64,000 nucleotides of DNA from an uncultured Verrucomicrobiota bacterium. GTDB taxonomy: Bacteria; Verrucomicrobiota; Kiritimatiellia; RZYC01. Made by a program: the position numbers and the translations under genes. Numbering within the stretch: position 1 is the stretch's first letter; every line of letters starts with the position of its first letter. Shown here one piece after another: positions 27,894-38,284 of the stretch. The notes beneath the pieces were generated by a model. That model was not told the DNA's origin, ran no database searches, and saw only the letters and a list, made by a program, of their open reading frames with translations. The stretch covers positions 12,804 through 76,803 of the forward strand of contig CAZBEO010000002.1 in NCBI GenBank assembly GCA_964490935.1, written 5' to 3'.

Positions 27894-29572
27894 GACAGCA
27901 CATGCTCCACGCCGAGGCGACGATACTCCTCCTCGACGCCCCGGATTTCTTCTTCCGTTTGTTCTGCATCCCATCCCAATTCAGTGGCCATCAGCGCCGC
28001 TGCGGCGGCGACCGCCTCGTGCCCGGGATAGCGGAAAGAGCCGAGGCCGGTTCGACGAAAAACCACATCCGTTAAGCGGCAGGCCTGTTCGTTCCGCACC
28101 GCGAAAATCACGTCCGCGCCAAGCACGGCGTCGGCTTTGTTCAGTCGTTCGGCCCAGTCCGGATTTTCCGAACAGAGCCCGAGTACATCGAGGGCCTGCG
28201 TGCCATATTGCTGCGCATGATAATCCAGCACGCGATCATCAAACGTCAGCCCCTCGAGCCGCGCATCGATCCAGCCTGGCGTCACCAGGTCTTCTCCGCC
28301 ATCCACCCTCAGATTTTTTCCCGGCTGATACGGCCTGCCCAGCATACGCGCTACCCGCCGCGCCACCTTTCCCGCCACCTGAATGCCCGTGGTGTATTTT
28401 ACGCCCTTGATCAGCAACATGCCGTCGATGCCAGCCAGTTGACGGTAGTCCAGCAGCTCGGTGTCCTTGGCTGGATCCGAGGGATGTGCCATCGTGCGTG
28501 AAGGACGCGCCGGCAGGATACCCGCGTGGGCAAACGTCACATCGTTCAACGCCAATTCTGCGGGTGGATACATTGCATTAATCTCATCCAGATACGCCTG
28601 AATTTCCTCCGTCGTCAATCCACACGTGCCCGGAGCGCCTCGGAAGGGAGCGTACATGGTTCCAATGATCGTACCCTCGCGCCACGGCGCAAAAAAGTAA
28701 TTCCGCTTGCCCCGCTGGAGCACCGCATCGGCATCCAGATACTCCGTGATGGACTCTAACCCCACGCCGTAGGAACCGAAATAACGCCGCCGCACGAGAA
28801 TATTATAGGCCCGCGTCCAGGGCCAGTTGTGATTCATCGATCCGAAACAACCCGGCAGCAGTTCATTCAACCAACCTCCGGTGGCATTGATCGTTACACG
28901 CGCACGCACCTCGACCTGCCCACCGGTCAGCGCATCACGCACCTCGGCCCCGATGATGCGCGAACCATCCAGAATCAGTCGCGATGCCTTGGCATAATTG
29001 CACGTCACGGCACCGAGACGCTGCGCGGTCATTAGAAAGGCGAGCGTGAAGCGTTCCGTATTTTCCGCGAAGCCATCGTGCCACACACCCGCGCCGGTTC
29101 CGAGTGCGCTCAGTCCTTCGGCCACCTCGTGAAGAAAGTCGCGTCCTTTGAGTGACCCATGCGGCAGGTGACGCGAAGGGTCCACCCCGAAGTTGCGGTC
29201 AAAGCTGATCACATCGTTCGCCATCATCGCCGCCAGCAAGGCCGCCTTGCTCCGCAGAAAAAAACCGGAAGTGGGTACGAGGAAGCGGGCCGGATGCGTC
29301 AGGTGCGGCAGATGAGTCAGGCTCATTCTGCGGGCCGTAATGGAGTCGCGCATTCGGAGCAGGTCCAACTGCTGTAAATAACGCAACCCGCCGTGAATAA
29401 TTTTCTGACTGTTAGCCGAAGCCGCTCCGCCGTAATCGCCCTGCTCCACCAGCGCGACGGAGTACCCCTGACGGGCCAAGGCCCACGAGGCGGTTGCCCC
29501 ATGGATGCCTCCACCAATCACCAATACGTCAAACGACTGATCGGCCAAGGTTTTCAATCTGTTCTCATTCAT
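27890..29572 (-). CDS. glpD: FAD-dependent glycerol-3-phosphate dehydrogenase/oxidase family protein
   Basis: IGGGIHG, SANSQKIIHGGLRYL, INATGGW, KYTT, DVVFRRTGLG. Confidence 0.8.
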   Translation of the reverse strand: MNENRLKTLADQSFDVLVIGGGIHGATASWALARQGYSVALVEQGDYGGAASANSQKIIHGGLRYLQQLDLLRMRDSITARRMSLTHLPHLTHPARFLVPTSGFFLRSKAALLAAMMANDVISFDRNFGVDPSRHLPHGSLKGRDFLHEVAEGLSALGTGAGVWHDGFAENTERFTLAFLMTAQRLGAVTCNYAKASRLILDGSRIIGAEVRDALTGGQVEVRARVTINATGGWLNELLPGCFGSMNHNWPWTRAYNILVRRRYFGSYGVGLESITEYLDADAVLQRGKRNYFFAPWREGTIIGTMYAPFRGAPGTCGLTTEEIQAYLDEINAMYPPAELALNDVTFAHAGILPARPSRTMAHPSDPAKDTELLDYRQLAGIDGMLLIKGVKYTTGIQVAGKVARRVARMLGRPYQPGKNLRVDGGEDLVTPGWIDARLEGLTFDDRVLDYHAQQYGTQALDVLGLCSENPDWAERLNKADAVLGADVIFAVRNEQACRLTDVVFRRTGLGSFRYPGHEAVAAAAALMATELGWDAEQTEEEIRGVEEEYRRLGVEHVLS

Positions 29573-30744
29573 TCCGCTGATTCCTCTGAAAGATCAATGA
29601 ACATATCAAATGAATAGGCTGATAAAAGGGTATTTTCGTAGGCTTTTCGCGAGTGACGTTTCAGCGCAAGCAGGCAGGCCTGCTCCCCGAGCAACGCCCC
29701 TTTTTTCGGGTGTCGAAGCAGGTTTTCCAGTGCATCCGTCCAGGCCTCGGGTTCCGCAGCGGTAAGGACGGCGCATTCCGCATTCAGCACCTGCGTGTGC
29801 GACGGAATATCCGTGGCCACGATAGGTTTCCCAGCCAGCATATAAGAGTAGATTTTGAGCGGGGTGTTTCCTCCCTTGATGCGCGGAGAGAGCAGCACAT
29901 CCGCTTGGGCCAGATATTGCTGCAACCGGCCCACCGGACGCGGCCCGGTGAATGTCACGCGGTCACGCAGATCGAGCCGTTCTGCCTCGCTTCGGTAATG
30001 CTTCACATCTCGTTCCCGTCCACCGATCACCGCCAGATGCCACGGATACTCCGTGGAGAGATGTGCGAATGCCGCAAGCAGCAAATCCATCCCCTGATAA
30101 TGCTCCAGATTGCCCACATACAGAAAAAGCGGCCCCATCACCTTCAGCAGAGCACGCAGATTCTCAATCGGTGCATCCGCCCCTTCGCTCTCCATCGCAC
30201 GGTCGTGCAGCACGCATACTCTGCCTCGCGGCTGATACGCCTCGACCTTCTCCCGCAAATAGTCGCACACCGGCAGAATCAAATCCGCCGAACGTACCGC
30301 CCACCCTTCGAAACGCGAGAAAAGAGGTGCCAACAGACGAAGACCCCGCCACTTCTCCATCAACTGGTCCGGCATCGAGGAATCCATGTCGTACACGAGC
30401 TTCTGATTTCGCGCGCGCAGGAGAATGGCCGGAAAGACCGCCTCTTCTACCGCATGCACCACATCATACCGTTCCGCACGAAGCAGCGAACGCATACGCA
30501 GCGCCAGAAAAAAATCACAAATCAGTTTCTTCCAGGAAAAACCAATGGGAATTTCGCCGATCCAGCGCGGAGCATGACAACGAATGATTCGAAGTCCAGC
30601 CTCTTCCACATCCCTACCGCCCGGAAAGCAAAGCAGGTCCACCCGATTACCCGCACGACACAGCGTCTCCGCAACCCAGCGAACGGCAATCGGCGTTCCC
30701 CGTTCCTGATAAAATGGCTGAGGGGCGACAAGTAGGATTCTCAT
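29569..30744 (-). CDS. Glycosyltransferase family 4
   Basis: APQPFYQERGTPI, YVGNLEHYQG, GNTPLKIYSYMLAGKPIVATDI. Confidence 0.92.
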   Translation of the reverse strand: MRILLVAPQPFYQERGTPIAVRWVAETLCRAGNRVDLLCFPGGRDVEEAGLRIIRCHAPRWIGEIPIGFSWKKLICDFFLALRMRSLLRAERYDVVHAVEEAVFPAILLRARNQKLVYDMDSSMPDQLMEKWRGLRLLAPLFSRFEGWAVRSADLILPVCDYLREKVEAYQPRGRVCVLHDRAMESEGADAPIENLRALLKVMGPLFLYVGNLEHYQGMDLLLAAFAHLSTEYPWHLAVIGGRERDVKHYRSEAERLDLRDRVTFTGPRPVGRLQQYLAQADVLLSPRIKGGNTPLKIYSYMLAGKPIVATDIPSHTQVLNAECAVLTAAEPEAWTDALENLLRHPKKGALLGEQACLLALKRHSRKAYENTLLSAYSFDMFIDLSEESAE

Positions 30745-30749
30745 GTCAC

Positions 30750-31175
30750 TCAGTGAAGTCCTGACCGCATCGTAATGACCAGTTGATTCTCGTCCGTCTC
30801 CCGGCGACGAAAGTAATGAGCTGATTTGGTCAGCTTGCGCACGACGTGCGCACCCAATTGCTGTTCTTCCAAGTCCTCCAGCGCCTCTTCTTCCGATTGG
30901 ATGGGAAGGATGGGATTGTAGGCCGTGCCATGCCAGGAGATGTCTAGAACAATTTCCCGGCCCCGCAGAGTGATAAACATACGGATCGCATGTTTCTTTT
31001 CCTTGTCATCCACTTGACAAATCACGCTTGAAAGCACCTCTTCCAGCACCAAGCTGGCCCGATAAGAAATTGAGGTGGAAATATAATTTACATCCAGAAA
31101 CCGGGTCACTTCCGCTTTCACGTAAATGAGTTCCTTCAGCTCTTTGGTGATGGTGAGTTTGATTTCTTTCTGCAT
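30750..31175 (-). CDS. RsbW-like anti-sigma factor / HATPase_c_2 protein (degenerate)
   Basis: LVLEEVLSSVI, YNP, LGAHVVRKL, NQLVITM. The upstream ORF extension runs through a repeat and is rejected. Confidence 0.75.
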   Translation of the reverse strand: MQKEIKLTITKELKELIYVKAEVTRFLDVNYISTSISYRASLVLEEVLSSVICQVDDKEKKHAIRMFITLRGREIVLDISWHGTAYNPILPIQSEEEALEDLEEQQLGAHVVRKLTKSAHYFRRRETDENQLVITMRSGLH

Positions 31176-31283
31176 TCCAAACCATTTGGTATTTTTTTCA
31201 CAGATAACAGGGCGAACGATACCCGCGCACAGGAAATCTATCAATAGTGTTTGCGTATTATTTCGCATTTTATATCTTGGCGC

Positions 31284-31380
31284 CCAGCAGGCTGTCAGGC
31301 TTTTGGCCCGCCATCCTGCTGGTAAACAACAGCGGGTACGCTGTTGTGCCTTGGCCTCATCGAATTGGACCGATATACTG
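31284..31380 (-). repeat. 97-bp double-hairpin element (full copy)
   Basis: Reverse complement aligns without gaps to 34483-34579. Confidence 0.9.
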
Positions 31381-31409
31381 AACACACAGATTCTTCATAA
31401 AGGAATATC

Positions 31410-33143
31410 ATGGCGGATCATCCTGTATTTTTATTGGGCAAAATGCCGCCGAACAACGGCTTTGCACGCCGTTTCGGACTCCTGATCATTGCCGCACTTG
31501 CCCTGCTCCTCCTACTGCCGGGCACCGGAGCCATTCCGCTGATCGATCGCGATGAACCCCGATTCACCGAGGCCACACGCGAAATGATCGAGGGCGGCGA
31601 ATGGTTCGTACCCTACTTCAACGGCGACTATCGTTTTGACAAACCCGTGCTGACCTACTGGCTTATGACGCCCGGCCTTCTTCTGACCAAACACCTGCCC
31701 TCCCTCACGCCCGAGCTGGGCGCTCGCCTCCATTCGATCCTTTTCACCATCCTGCTTGGCTGGGTGGTCTTTCTCATGGGGCAACGCTGGTTCTCATCGC
31801 GCACCGGACTTTTTGCCGGCATCGGAATCGTCTCCTGCGCCCAGATGATCATGCATGGGCGCAGCGCCGTCGCCGATATGCCCATGGTCCTCTGCGTCGC
31901 CCTCTCCATGTGGGCGCTCTACGAACTGCTTCACGCCGAGACGCCCCCCCGGCGCTATGGCGGCTGGTTCTTCATGCTCTACCTTTCCTTGGGCTTCGGG
32001 TTTCTGGCCAAAGGCCCCGTGGCCTGGTTGATTCCCCTGCTGAGCCTCCTCCTCTACCGCTTTCTTCTCGGACGCCGCAAACTCCCCTGGCGTCACCTCC
32101 AACTCCCCGACGGTCTCGCCATCGCCCTCGCCATCGTCGGAATCTGGGGAATCCCTGCCCTGATCAAAACCCAAGGCCTCTTCTGGCAGAAAGGCATGGG
32201 CGAACACGTCATGGAACGCGGATTCAGCACCATGGCCGGATTCGGTCACTTCTTTTTCTATTATCTTCTTTCCGCCTTCATCAGTCTCTTCCCGTGGATA
32301 GCCTGTGCCGGATTCGCCTTTGCCCATCTGCGCAAACACTGGAACGCCCACAACGCCTACCTCTGCTCCTGGGCCCTTTCCACCTACCTTTTCTTCTCCT
32401 TCTACTTCACCCAGCTTCCTCACTACGTCATGCCCGCCTTCGCAGCCCTCTTTCTTCTCCTCGGACAACTCGCCGAAGGAGAAAACCACTTCCCACGCTG
32501 GACGCACCGCTGGTTCCGCACCGTCCTACTTGTTCCCACCATCCTAGCCTCCGTGATTTTTCTCTTTGCCCTCCTCTATCCCTTTGAGCCGGTCTACCTC
32601 CCCATTCGTCACCTGCTCCTTGCCGCATCCCTCGGGCTCGCCGGACTCATCGTCATGGGCCTCACACCGAAGCGAGGAAAACACGCCCTTCTGATCTACG
32701 GCACCCTCCTCCTCGCCCTAGCCCTGACCCTCACAGGCCGAACCCTCCGCAACGCCTCCGTCACCGAAAAAGTCGGGGCCTTCGTCAAACTCCTACCCGA
32801 AGAAACCCGACTCTACGCCACCGGATTCAACGAGCCCGGCGTGGTCTTCTACAGTCACCGACGATGGAACTTCCGCCCCGACCCCGATGAAGTCATGCTC
32901 GAAGGCATGAACACCCCCGGCCCCTGCGCCATCCTGCTCCTCGAAAGTGAAAAAAAGCCCGACTACTTTTTCCGTCATCTCGCACGCACCCGCTTCGACT
33001 GGAACGCCCCGCAGCGCGAAAAGAATCACACCAAAGAAAACGAACAACTTCCCACCGACGGCTTTAACACCCTGTTTTTTGAAGGGTTCAATCCAGCCCG
33101 TACCAGTTGGGCCACCGTACGCCTCTACTACCGGGAGAACTGA
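31410..33143 (+). CDS. ArnT/PMT (GT-C fold) family glycosyltransferase
   Basis: DRDEPRF, RFDKPVLTYW, FLAKGP, QLPHYVMPAF; many TM helices. Confidence 0.9.
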   Translation: MADHPVFLLGKMPPNNGFARRFGLLIIAALALLLLLPGTGAIPLIDRDEPRFTEATREMIEGGEWFVPYFNGDYRFDKPVLTYWLMTPGLLLTKHLPSLTPELGARLHSILFTILLGWVVFLMGQRWFSSRTGLFAGIGIVSCAQMIMHGRSAVADMPMVLCVALSMWALYELLHAETPPRRYGGWFFMLYLSLGFGFLAKGPVAWLIPLLSLLLYRFLLGRRKLPWRHLQLPDGLAIALAIVGIWGIPALIKTQGLFWQKGMGEHVMERGFSTMAGFGHFFFYYLLSAFISLFPWIACAGFAFAHLRKHWNAHNAYLCSWALSTYLFFSFYFTQLPHYVMPAFAALFLLLGQLAEGENHFPRWTHRWFRTVLLVPTILASVIFLFALLYPFEPVYLPIRHLLLAASLGLAGLIVMGLTPKRGKHALLIYGTLLLALALTLTGRTLRNASVTEKVGAFVKLLPEETRLYATGFNEPGVVFYSHRRWNFRPDPDEVMLEGMNTPGPCAILLLESEKKPDYFFRHLARTRFDWNAPQREKNHTKENEQLPTDGFNTLFFEGFNPARTSWATVRLYYREN

Positions 33144-33189
33144 CTTTTTTCCATGCGTTGGTGCCACCGACAAAAGTCCGCGCAAGTTA

Positions 33190-33283
33190 TCACCCCGGAT
33201 GGGGTGAAGGCGTATAGCCCAGAGTCGGGAGACCCTGGGTTTCTGATTCTCCAACATCCCAAGCACCCCGGTGGGGCTTGGGA
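33190..33283. repeat. Cluster of three hairpins after the ArnT gene (REP-like or terminator)
   Basis: TCACCCC-GGAT-GGGGTGA; CCCAG...CTGGG; TCCCAAGC...GCTTGGGA. Confidence 0.45.
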
Positions 33284-33426
33284 GCCAACGCCCTATTCTT
33301 TCAGATTGACACCCACCCCTCCCATATCTAACCTGCACAATTGTATGGAGTGAAGCAGATGACGTGCCTATAGAGCCACAGGGCTAAAAAGCTATTTATT
33401 ATCGTGCAACTGCGGAGGGAGTTCAT

Positions 33427-34350
33427 ATGCGTATGCGTTTTGTGATGACGACAGGGTTGTTTTTGGCGGTTATGGGATGGTCAAGCGTTGTGCTTGGTTT
33501 GGATGCGCGTGCGCGGGCAGATGGCGAGGCCGTGCCTACGGTGATTGGCGAGATTGCCGGCTGGGGCATGTTTACGCATTCCGGCAAGGCTGATTTCAAG
33601 GACCCCGACAATCCCTCGGACAAGCCTTCCGCGAGTGCCACAGAAGTCTCCGTGTTGCTCCCCTTCCCTGTGTATCAAACAGAGAATTGGCAGTATTTTG
33701 CGGGGCCTCAATTGGATTGGTACCGCTATGAGTTTGATCATGTGCGCGACTTGGATGAGGTGGATGTGTACGATGTGGCTTTGCAACTGGGGGCGGCCTA
33801 TTCGGGCATCCAAAATTGGGAATTCATGGTGTTTGGGGCACCGGGTTTATACACCGATTTTCGCAAGATTGGGCGCGAGGATTTTAAGTTCTTTTCCAGC
33901 GCGGCGGCCTATTGGCAATGCACCAAAACCATTCAATTGGTGGGCGGCGCGGCGTATGACACAGCACTGGGTGATGATGAAATTTATCCGATGGGCGGGG
34001 TTCGCTGGGACCCTTCGCCGAATCTGAGCCTGCAGCTCATCTTCCCCGAGCCAATCGTTTTGTGGGCGCCCACGAAAGGGCTGTTGCTCTTCGCCCATCT
34101 GCTGCCTGCGGGAGGAAAGTGGAACACCTATGATAAAACTCAAGATCATGAACGCCATTCATTTAAGACCGAGGGCTGGCGCACGGGGTGTGGTATCGAG
34201 GTACAACTGACCGAGTTGCTTTGGTTTCATATAGCTGGCGGCATGGAGTTTGACCGGAATTATGAAATAGAAAATGAGGACGACGATTCCATGATGAAAT
34301 CGGATGTGGACGATACTTGGTATGCCCGCGTGGGCGTGGTGCTGCGCTGA
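33427..34350 (+). CDS. Outer-membrane beta-barrel protein (DUF6268-like)
   Basis: Signal peptide, alternating amphipathic beta strands, YPMGGVRW, C-terminal WYARVGVVLR. Confidence 0.75.
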   Translation: MRMRFVMTTGLFLAVMGWSSVVLGLDARARADGEAVPTVIGEIAGWGMFTHSGKADFKDPDNPSDKPSASATEVSVLLPFPVYQTENWQYFAGPQLDWYRYEFDHVRDLDEVDVYDVALQLGAAYSGIQNWEFMVFGAPGLYTDFRKIGREDFKFFSSAAAYWQCTKTIQLVGGAAYDTALGDDEIYPMGGVRWDPSPNLSLQLIFPEPIVLWAPTKGLLLFAHLLPAGGKWNTYDKTQDHERHSFKTEGWRTGCGIEVQLTELLWFHIAGGMEFDRNYEIENEDDDSMMKSDVDDTWYARVGVVLR

Positions 34351-34482
34351 CCGCAGCAGGGCTCCATCCAGTAATCCGTCGGGACTTTAGGTGTTTAAAA
34401 CCCGATCACGCAGATCAACTCTGATCGTTGCGACGTGCTCCAGTACATCAGGACAGATTGCTTTATGAAGAAGCTGCGCGCT

Positions 34483-34579
34483 CAGTATAGCTGTCCCATT
34501 CGATGAGGCCAAGACACAACAGCGTACTCGCTTTTGTTTACTAGCAGGCTGTCGGGCCTAAAGCCCGACAGCCTGCTAG
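34483..34579 (+). repeat. 97-bp double-hairpin element (full copy)
   Basis: Ends in the perfect 17-bp stem CTAGCAGGCTGTCGGGC-CTAAA-GCCCGACAGCCTGCTAG. Confidence 0.9.
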
Positions 34580-34715
34580 GCAACTACATGCTTTCCCGGA
34601 AAACCTCTTCACGTAATTGTTCCTGCCGGAAAAACAGGTGAATAATCACTGGAAACTAGGAGGCGGATTGGTTTAGTATGCTCCCCTCTTTAGCTGAAAA
34701 CAGAAGGGCTGAGTT

Positions 34716-35270
34716 ATGCAGGAAAAAATCAAAGAAATAGCCAGTCGGATTCGCGAGATGCGCGAGTTGTCAGACCTGCGTGTCGAAGAGGTGTCCGAGC
34801 GCCTTGGCATCTTCGCCGCTGAGTACAGCCAATATGAATCGGGCGATGCGGATATTCCTGCCAGCCGCCTTCTTGAACTGGCCTCGATATTCAACGTGGA
34901 CATGGGACTGCTCCTCACCGGCGAAGAACCCCGGATGCACTTCTATTCGGTCACCCGGCGGGACAAAGGCGTCAGCGTCGAGCGCCGCAAGGCCTATCGC
35001 TACCAAAACTTGGCGGCCAACTTCATCCACGCCAAAGCGGAGCCCTTTCTCGTCACGGTGGACCCCAAACCCGACGGCGAGACGCCTACAAAAAACGCCC
35101 ACCCCGGCCAGGAATTCAATTATCTGCTCGAAGGCCGCCTGCGCCTCTATATCCGCGACCAAGAAATCGACCTCGAACCGGGCGACAGCATTTATTTCGA
35201 CTCGGCCTGTCCGCATGCCATGTGCGCGCTCGATAACCAACCCGCCCGCTTCCTGGCGGTCATCCTTTAA
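34716..35270 (+). CDS. XRE-family HTH regulator with a cupin domain
   Basis: IREMRE...YSQYESG HTH; [20 protein letters not shown] cupin. Confidence 0.93.
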   Translation: MQEKIKEIASRIREMRELSDLRVEEVSERLGIFAAEYSQYESGDADIPASRLLELASIFNVDMGLLLTGEEPRMHFYSVTRRDKGVSVERRKAYRYQNLAANFIHAKAEPFLVTVDPKPDGETPTKNAHPGQEFNYLLEGRLRLYIRDQEIDLEPGDSIYFDSACPHAMCALDNQPARFLAVIL

Positions 35271-35292
35271 TCTTTATCGTTACGGGAGCCCC

Positions 35293-36972
35293 ATGAATCT
35301 AATGTCTCGTTTTCTGGATCGAACAGAATTCTCCTCCTACGAGGACTTCTTCGATCACTTTAAAATCAACACGCCGCCCGATTTTAATTTTGCATTCGAC
35401 GTGGTGGATGTCTACGCCACCGAGCAACCGGAAAAACGCGCGTTGGTCTGGTGTGATGATCACGGACACGACCGCCTCTTCACCTTTGCCGACCTGAGCT
35501 GCGAAAGCCGAAAGGCCGCCAACGCCTTCCAGCAACTCGGCATCAGAAAAGGCGACAATGTGATGCTGATCATGAAAGGGCATTATCAGTTTTGGATTTG
35601 CCTGCTCGCGCTCCACCGCATCGGCGCCGCCGCCGTACCGGCCACCCACATGCTGACCGCGAAGGACCTAATTTACCGCATCGAAAAATCACAACTCAAA
35701 ATGGCCGTTTGTGTAAATGATGCACGACTGATGGATGATCTCGACCAGGCCCAGGCCGCCACCGGAGGTATGCTCACCATCAAAGCATCCATCGGTGCCG
35801 AACGCCCCGGATGGCATTCCTTCGAGCAACTCATCGCCGACTCGCCCGATGTCTTTCCGCGCCCCTCCGGCGCGGACGCGCCCGCCCTGCACGATAACTC
35901 GCTGATCTATTTTTCCTCCGGCACCACCGGCATGCCGAAAATGGTCGCACTCGATTTCGCCTACCCCCTCGGTCACATCATCACCGCAGGCTATTGGCAG
36001 AACGTGCAAGACGATGGCCTCCACTGCACGGTGGCCGATACCGGATGGGCCAAATGCGTCTGGGGAAAAATCTATGGCCAGTGGATTTGCGGCAGCGCCG
36101 TCTTCGCCTATGACTATGACCAGTTCGACGCCGGGAACATGCTCGAAAAATGCGCGCAGTATCGCGTATCCACCTTCTGTGCGCCGCCCACCGTCTACCG
36201 CCTGCTCATTAAAAAGGATATGTCCCACTACGATCTAAGCCACCTGAAATACGTGGTGACGGCGGGTGAACCGCTGAACCCGGAAGTCTATGAAAAGTTT
36301 CTCGAATACACGGGCTTGAAACTGATGGAGGGCTTTGGCCAGACCGAACTCGTCGTCACCATTGCCACTTGGCCTTGGATGAAGCCCAAGCCCGGCTCGA
36401 TGGGCCGCCCCTCCCCCGGCTATCACGTCGAACTCCACGGCACTGATGGATGCCGCGTGGAAACCGGCGAAGAAGGCGAAATTGTCCTCCGCACCGACAT
36501 CCCGCCGCCCGGCATGTTTTCCGGCTATCATCACGACTCCGAAAAAACGGCGGGCGTCTGGCATGATGGCTTCTATCACACCGGCGACATGGCCTGGCAG
36601 GATGAAGACGGCTACTTCTGGTTTGTTGGACGTGATGACGACATCATCAAAAGCTCCGGTTACAAGGTCGGCCCCTTTGAGGTGGAGAGTGCCCTCATCG
36701 AACATCCTGCCGTACTCGAGTGCGCCATAACCGGCGTGCCCGACCGCATTCGCGGGCAGGCCATTAAGGCCAGCGTCGTACTCACGCCCGCCTACCAACC
36801 CTCGGAGGAACTTAAAATTGAACTTCAAAACCATGTCAAAAAAGTCACTGCGCCCTACAAATATCCGCGCGTGATTGATTTTGTGAAAGAACTCCCCAAA
36901 ACCATCAGCGGAAAAATCCGTCGCGTCGAGATTCGCACGCAGGACGCCGATGACGCTGAACGGAACGGATAG
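35293..36972 (+). CDS. AMP-forming acyl-CoA synthetase (acetyl-CoA synthetase-like)
   Basis: [41 protein letters not shown]. Confidence 0.93.
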   Translation: MNLMSRFLDRTEFSSYEDFFDHFKINTPPDFNFAFDVVDVYATEQPEKRALVWCDDHGHDRLFTFADLSCESRKAANAFQQLGIRKGDNVMLIMKGHYQFWICLLALHRIGAAAVPATHMLTAKDLIYRIEKSQLKMAVCVNDARLMDDLDQAQAATGGMLTIKASIGAERPGWHSFEQLIADSPDVFPRPSGADAPALHDNSLIYFSSGTTGMPKMVALDFAYPLGHIITAGYWQNVQDDGLHCTVADTGWAKCVWGKIYGQWICGSAVFAYDYDQFDAGNMLEKCAQYRVSTFCAPPTVYRLLIKKDMSHYDLSHLKYVVTAGEPLNPEVYEKFLEYTGLKLMEGFGQTELVVTIATWPWMKPKPGSMGRPSPGYHVELHGTDGCRVETGEEGEIVLRTDIPPPGMFSGYHHDSEKTAGVWHDGFYHTGDMAWQDEDGYFWFVGRDDDIIKSSGYKVGPFEVESALIEHPAVLECAITGVPDRIRGQAIKASVVLTPAYQPSEELKIELQNHVKKVTAPYKYPRVIDFVKELPKTISGKIRRVEIRTQDADDAERNG

Positions 36973-36981
36973 GTCTGTGAT

Positions 36982-37230
36982 ATGAATACAAAAAAACCAA
37001 AACCGGTCATCACCATTGTGGAATGCAAGGGTTGCGGACGCTGCGTAGCCGCCTGCCCGAAACAAGTCCTACGCATGGGCGATCAACTCAACGAGCGCGG
37101 CTATGCCTATGTGGAGTATCTGGGCGAGGGTTGCATTGGATGCGCCAACTGCTTCTATTCCTGCCCTGAACCGCATGCCATCTCCATCCGCATTCCACTG
37201 CGCCCCACCGAAACCACCGAGGAAGAATAA
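36982..37230 (+). CDS. vorC: 2x[4Fe-4S] ferredoxin, 2-oxoacid oxidoreductase delta subunit
   Basis: [12 protein letters not shown] and [12 protein letters not shown]. Confidence 0.85.
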   Translation: MNTKKPKPVITIVECKGCGRCVAACPKQVLRMGDQLNERGYAYVEYLGEGCIGCANCFYSCPEPHAISIRIPLRPTETTEEE

Positions 37231-37234
37231 TGCC

Positions 37235-38284
37235 ATGGCCACTCAACTGATTAAAGGTAACACCGCCGTAGTCATCGGCGCGCTCTATGCCGGATGCGAT
37301 TGCTACTTCGGCTATCCGATCACCCCGGCCAGCGAAATTCTCCAGGAAGCCTCGCGATATTTCCCGCCGCTCGGACGCAAATTCGTGCAGGCCGAATCCG
37401 AGGAAGCCGCCATCAATATGACCTACGGCGCAAGCGCTGCAGGGCATCGCGTCATGACCGCCTCCTCCGGCCCCGGCATCAGCCTCAAACAGGAAGGCGT
37501 CTCCTACATGGCGGGCTCCGAACTGCCGTGCGTCATTGCCGATATTATGCGAGCAGGCCCAGGCCTCGGCAACATTGGCCCCGAGCAGGGCGACTACAAC
37601 CAGGTGGTCAAAGGCGGTGGCCACGGCAATTACCGCTGCATCGTCGTCGCCCCCAATTCCATTCAGGAAATGTGCGACCTGACCATTCTCGCCTTTGACC
37701 TCGCCTTCAAATACCGCACGCCGACCTACCTGCTCGCCGACGGCGTACTCGGCCAAATGATCGAGCCGCTCAATTTTCCCGAGCACGCCATCACCCCCGC
37801 GCTCGACAACACTTGGGCCGTCAGCGGAAACAAGGAAACAATGGGCAATCTCATTACCTCCATCTTCCTCGACTTCGATCAGCTCGAGACCTTTAACAAT
37901 CATCTACAGGAAAAATATCGACGCATCGAAGAATCCGAATGCCGACACGAGGCCTACCGTACCGACGATGCGGACCTTATTCTCGTGGCCTACGGTATTT
38001 GCAGCCGCATCGCAAAATCTGCCGTCGATCAGGCCCGCGCCGAGGGCTTCAAGGTGGGCCTCTTCCGTCCAATCACCCTCTTCCCCTGGCCCGCTCCTGC
38101 CCTGCGTGAACTCTGCGCCGCTCGCAACGTGCAGCTCATCTCCGTGGAAATGAGCAATGGCCAAATGCGCGACGACATCAAGCTCGCCATCGATTGTATG
38201 TGCCCTGTCCATCTCGTCTCGCGGCTCGGGGGAAATTTAATGACCATGGACCAGGTACTGGACTCCATAAGGGGATTGGCATGA
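37235..38284 (+). CDS. vorB: 2-oxoacid:ferredoxin oxidoreductase alpha subunit (VorB-like)
   Basis: [38 protein letters not shown]. Confidence 0.85.
   Translation: MATQLIKGNTAVVIGALYAGCDCYFGYPITPASEILQEASRYFPPLGRKFVQAESEEAAINMTYGASAAGHRVMTASSGPGISLKQEGVSYMAGSELPCVIADIMRAGPGLGNIGPEQGDYNQVVKGGGHGNYRCIVVAPNSIQEMCDLTILAFDLAFKYRTPTYLLADGVLGQMIEPLNFPEHAITPALDNTWAVSGNKETMGNLITSIFLDFDQLETFNNHLQEKYRRIEESECRHEAYRTDDADLILVAYGICSRIAKSAVDQARAEGFKVGLFRPITLFPWPAPALRELCAARNVQLISVEMSNGQMRDDIKLAIDCMCPVHLVSRLGGNLMTMDQVLDSIRGLA

Noticed and set aside
31176-31385. N-terminal extension of the anti-sigma-like protein
   Set aside because: Reads through the 97-bp repeat; not domain-like.
34780-35292. N-terminal extension making a 730-aa acyl-CoA ligase
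   Set aside because: Out-of-frame overlap with the XRE-cupin gene; ATG 35293 has its own GGAG RBS and gives a normal-size enzyme.
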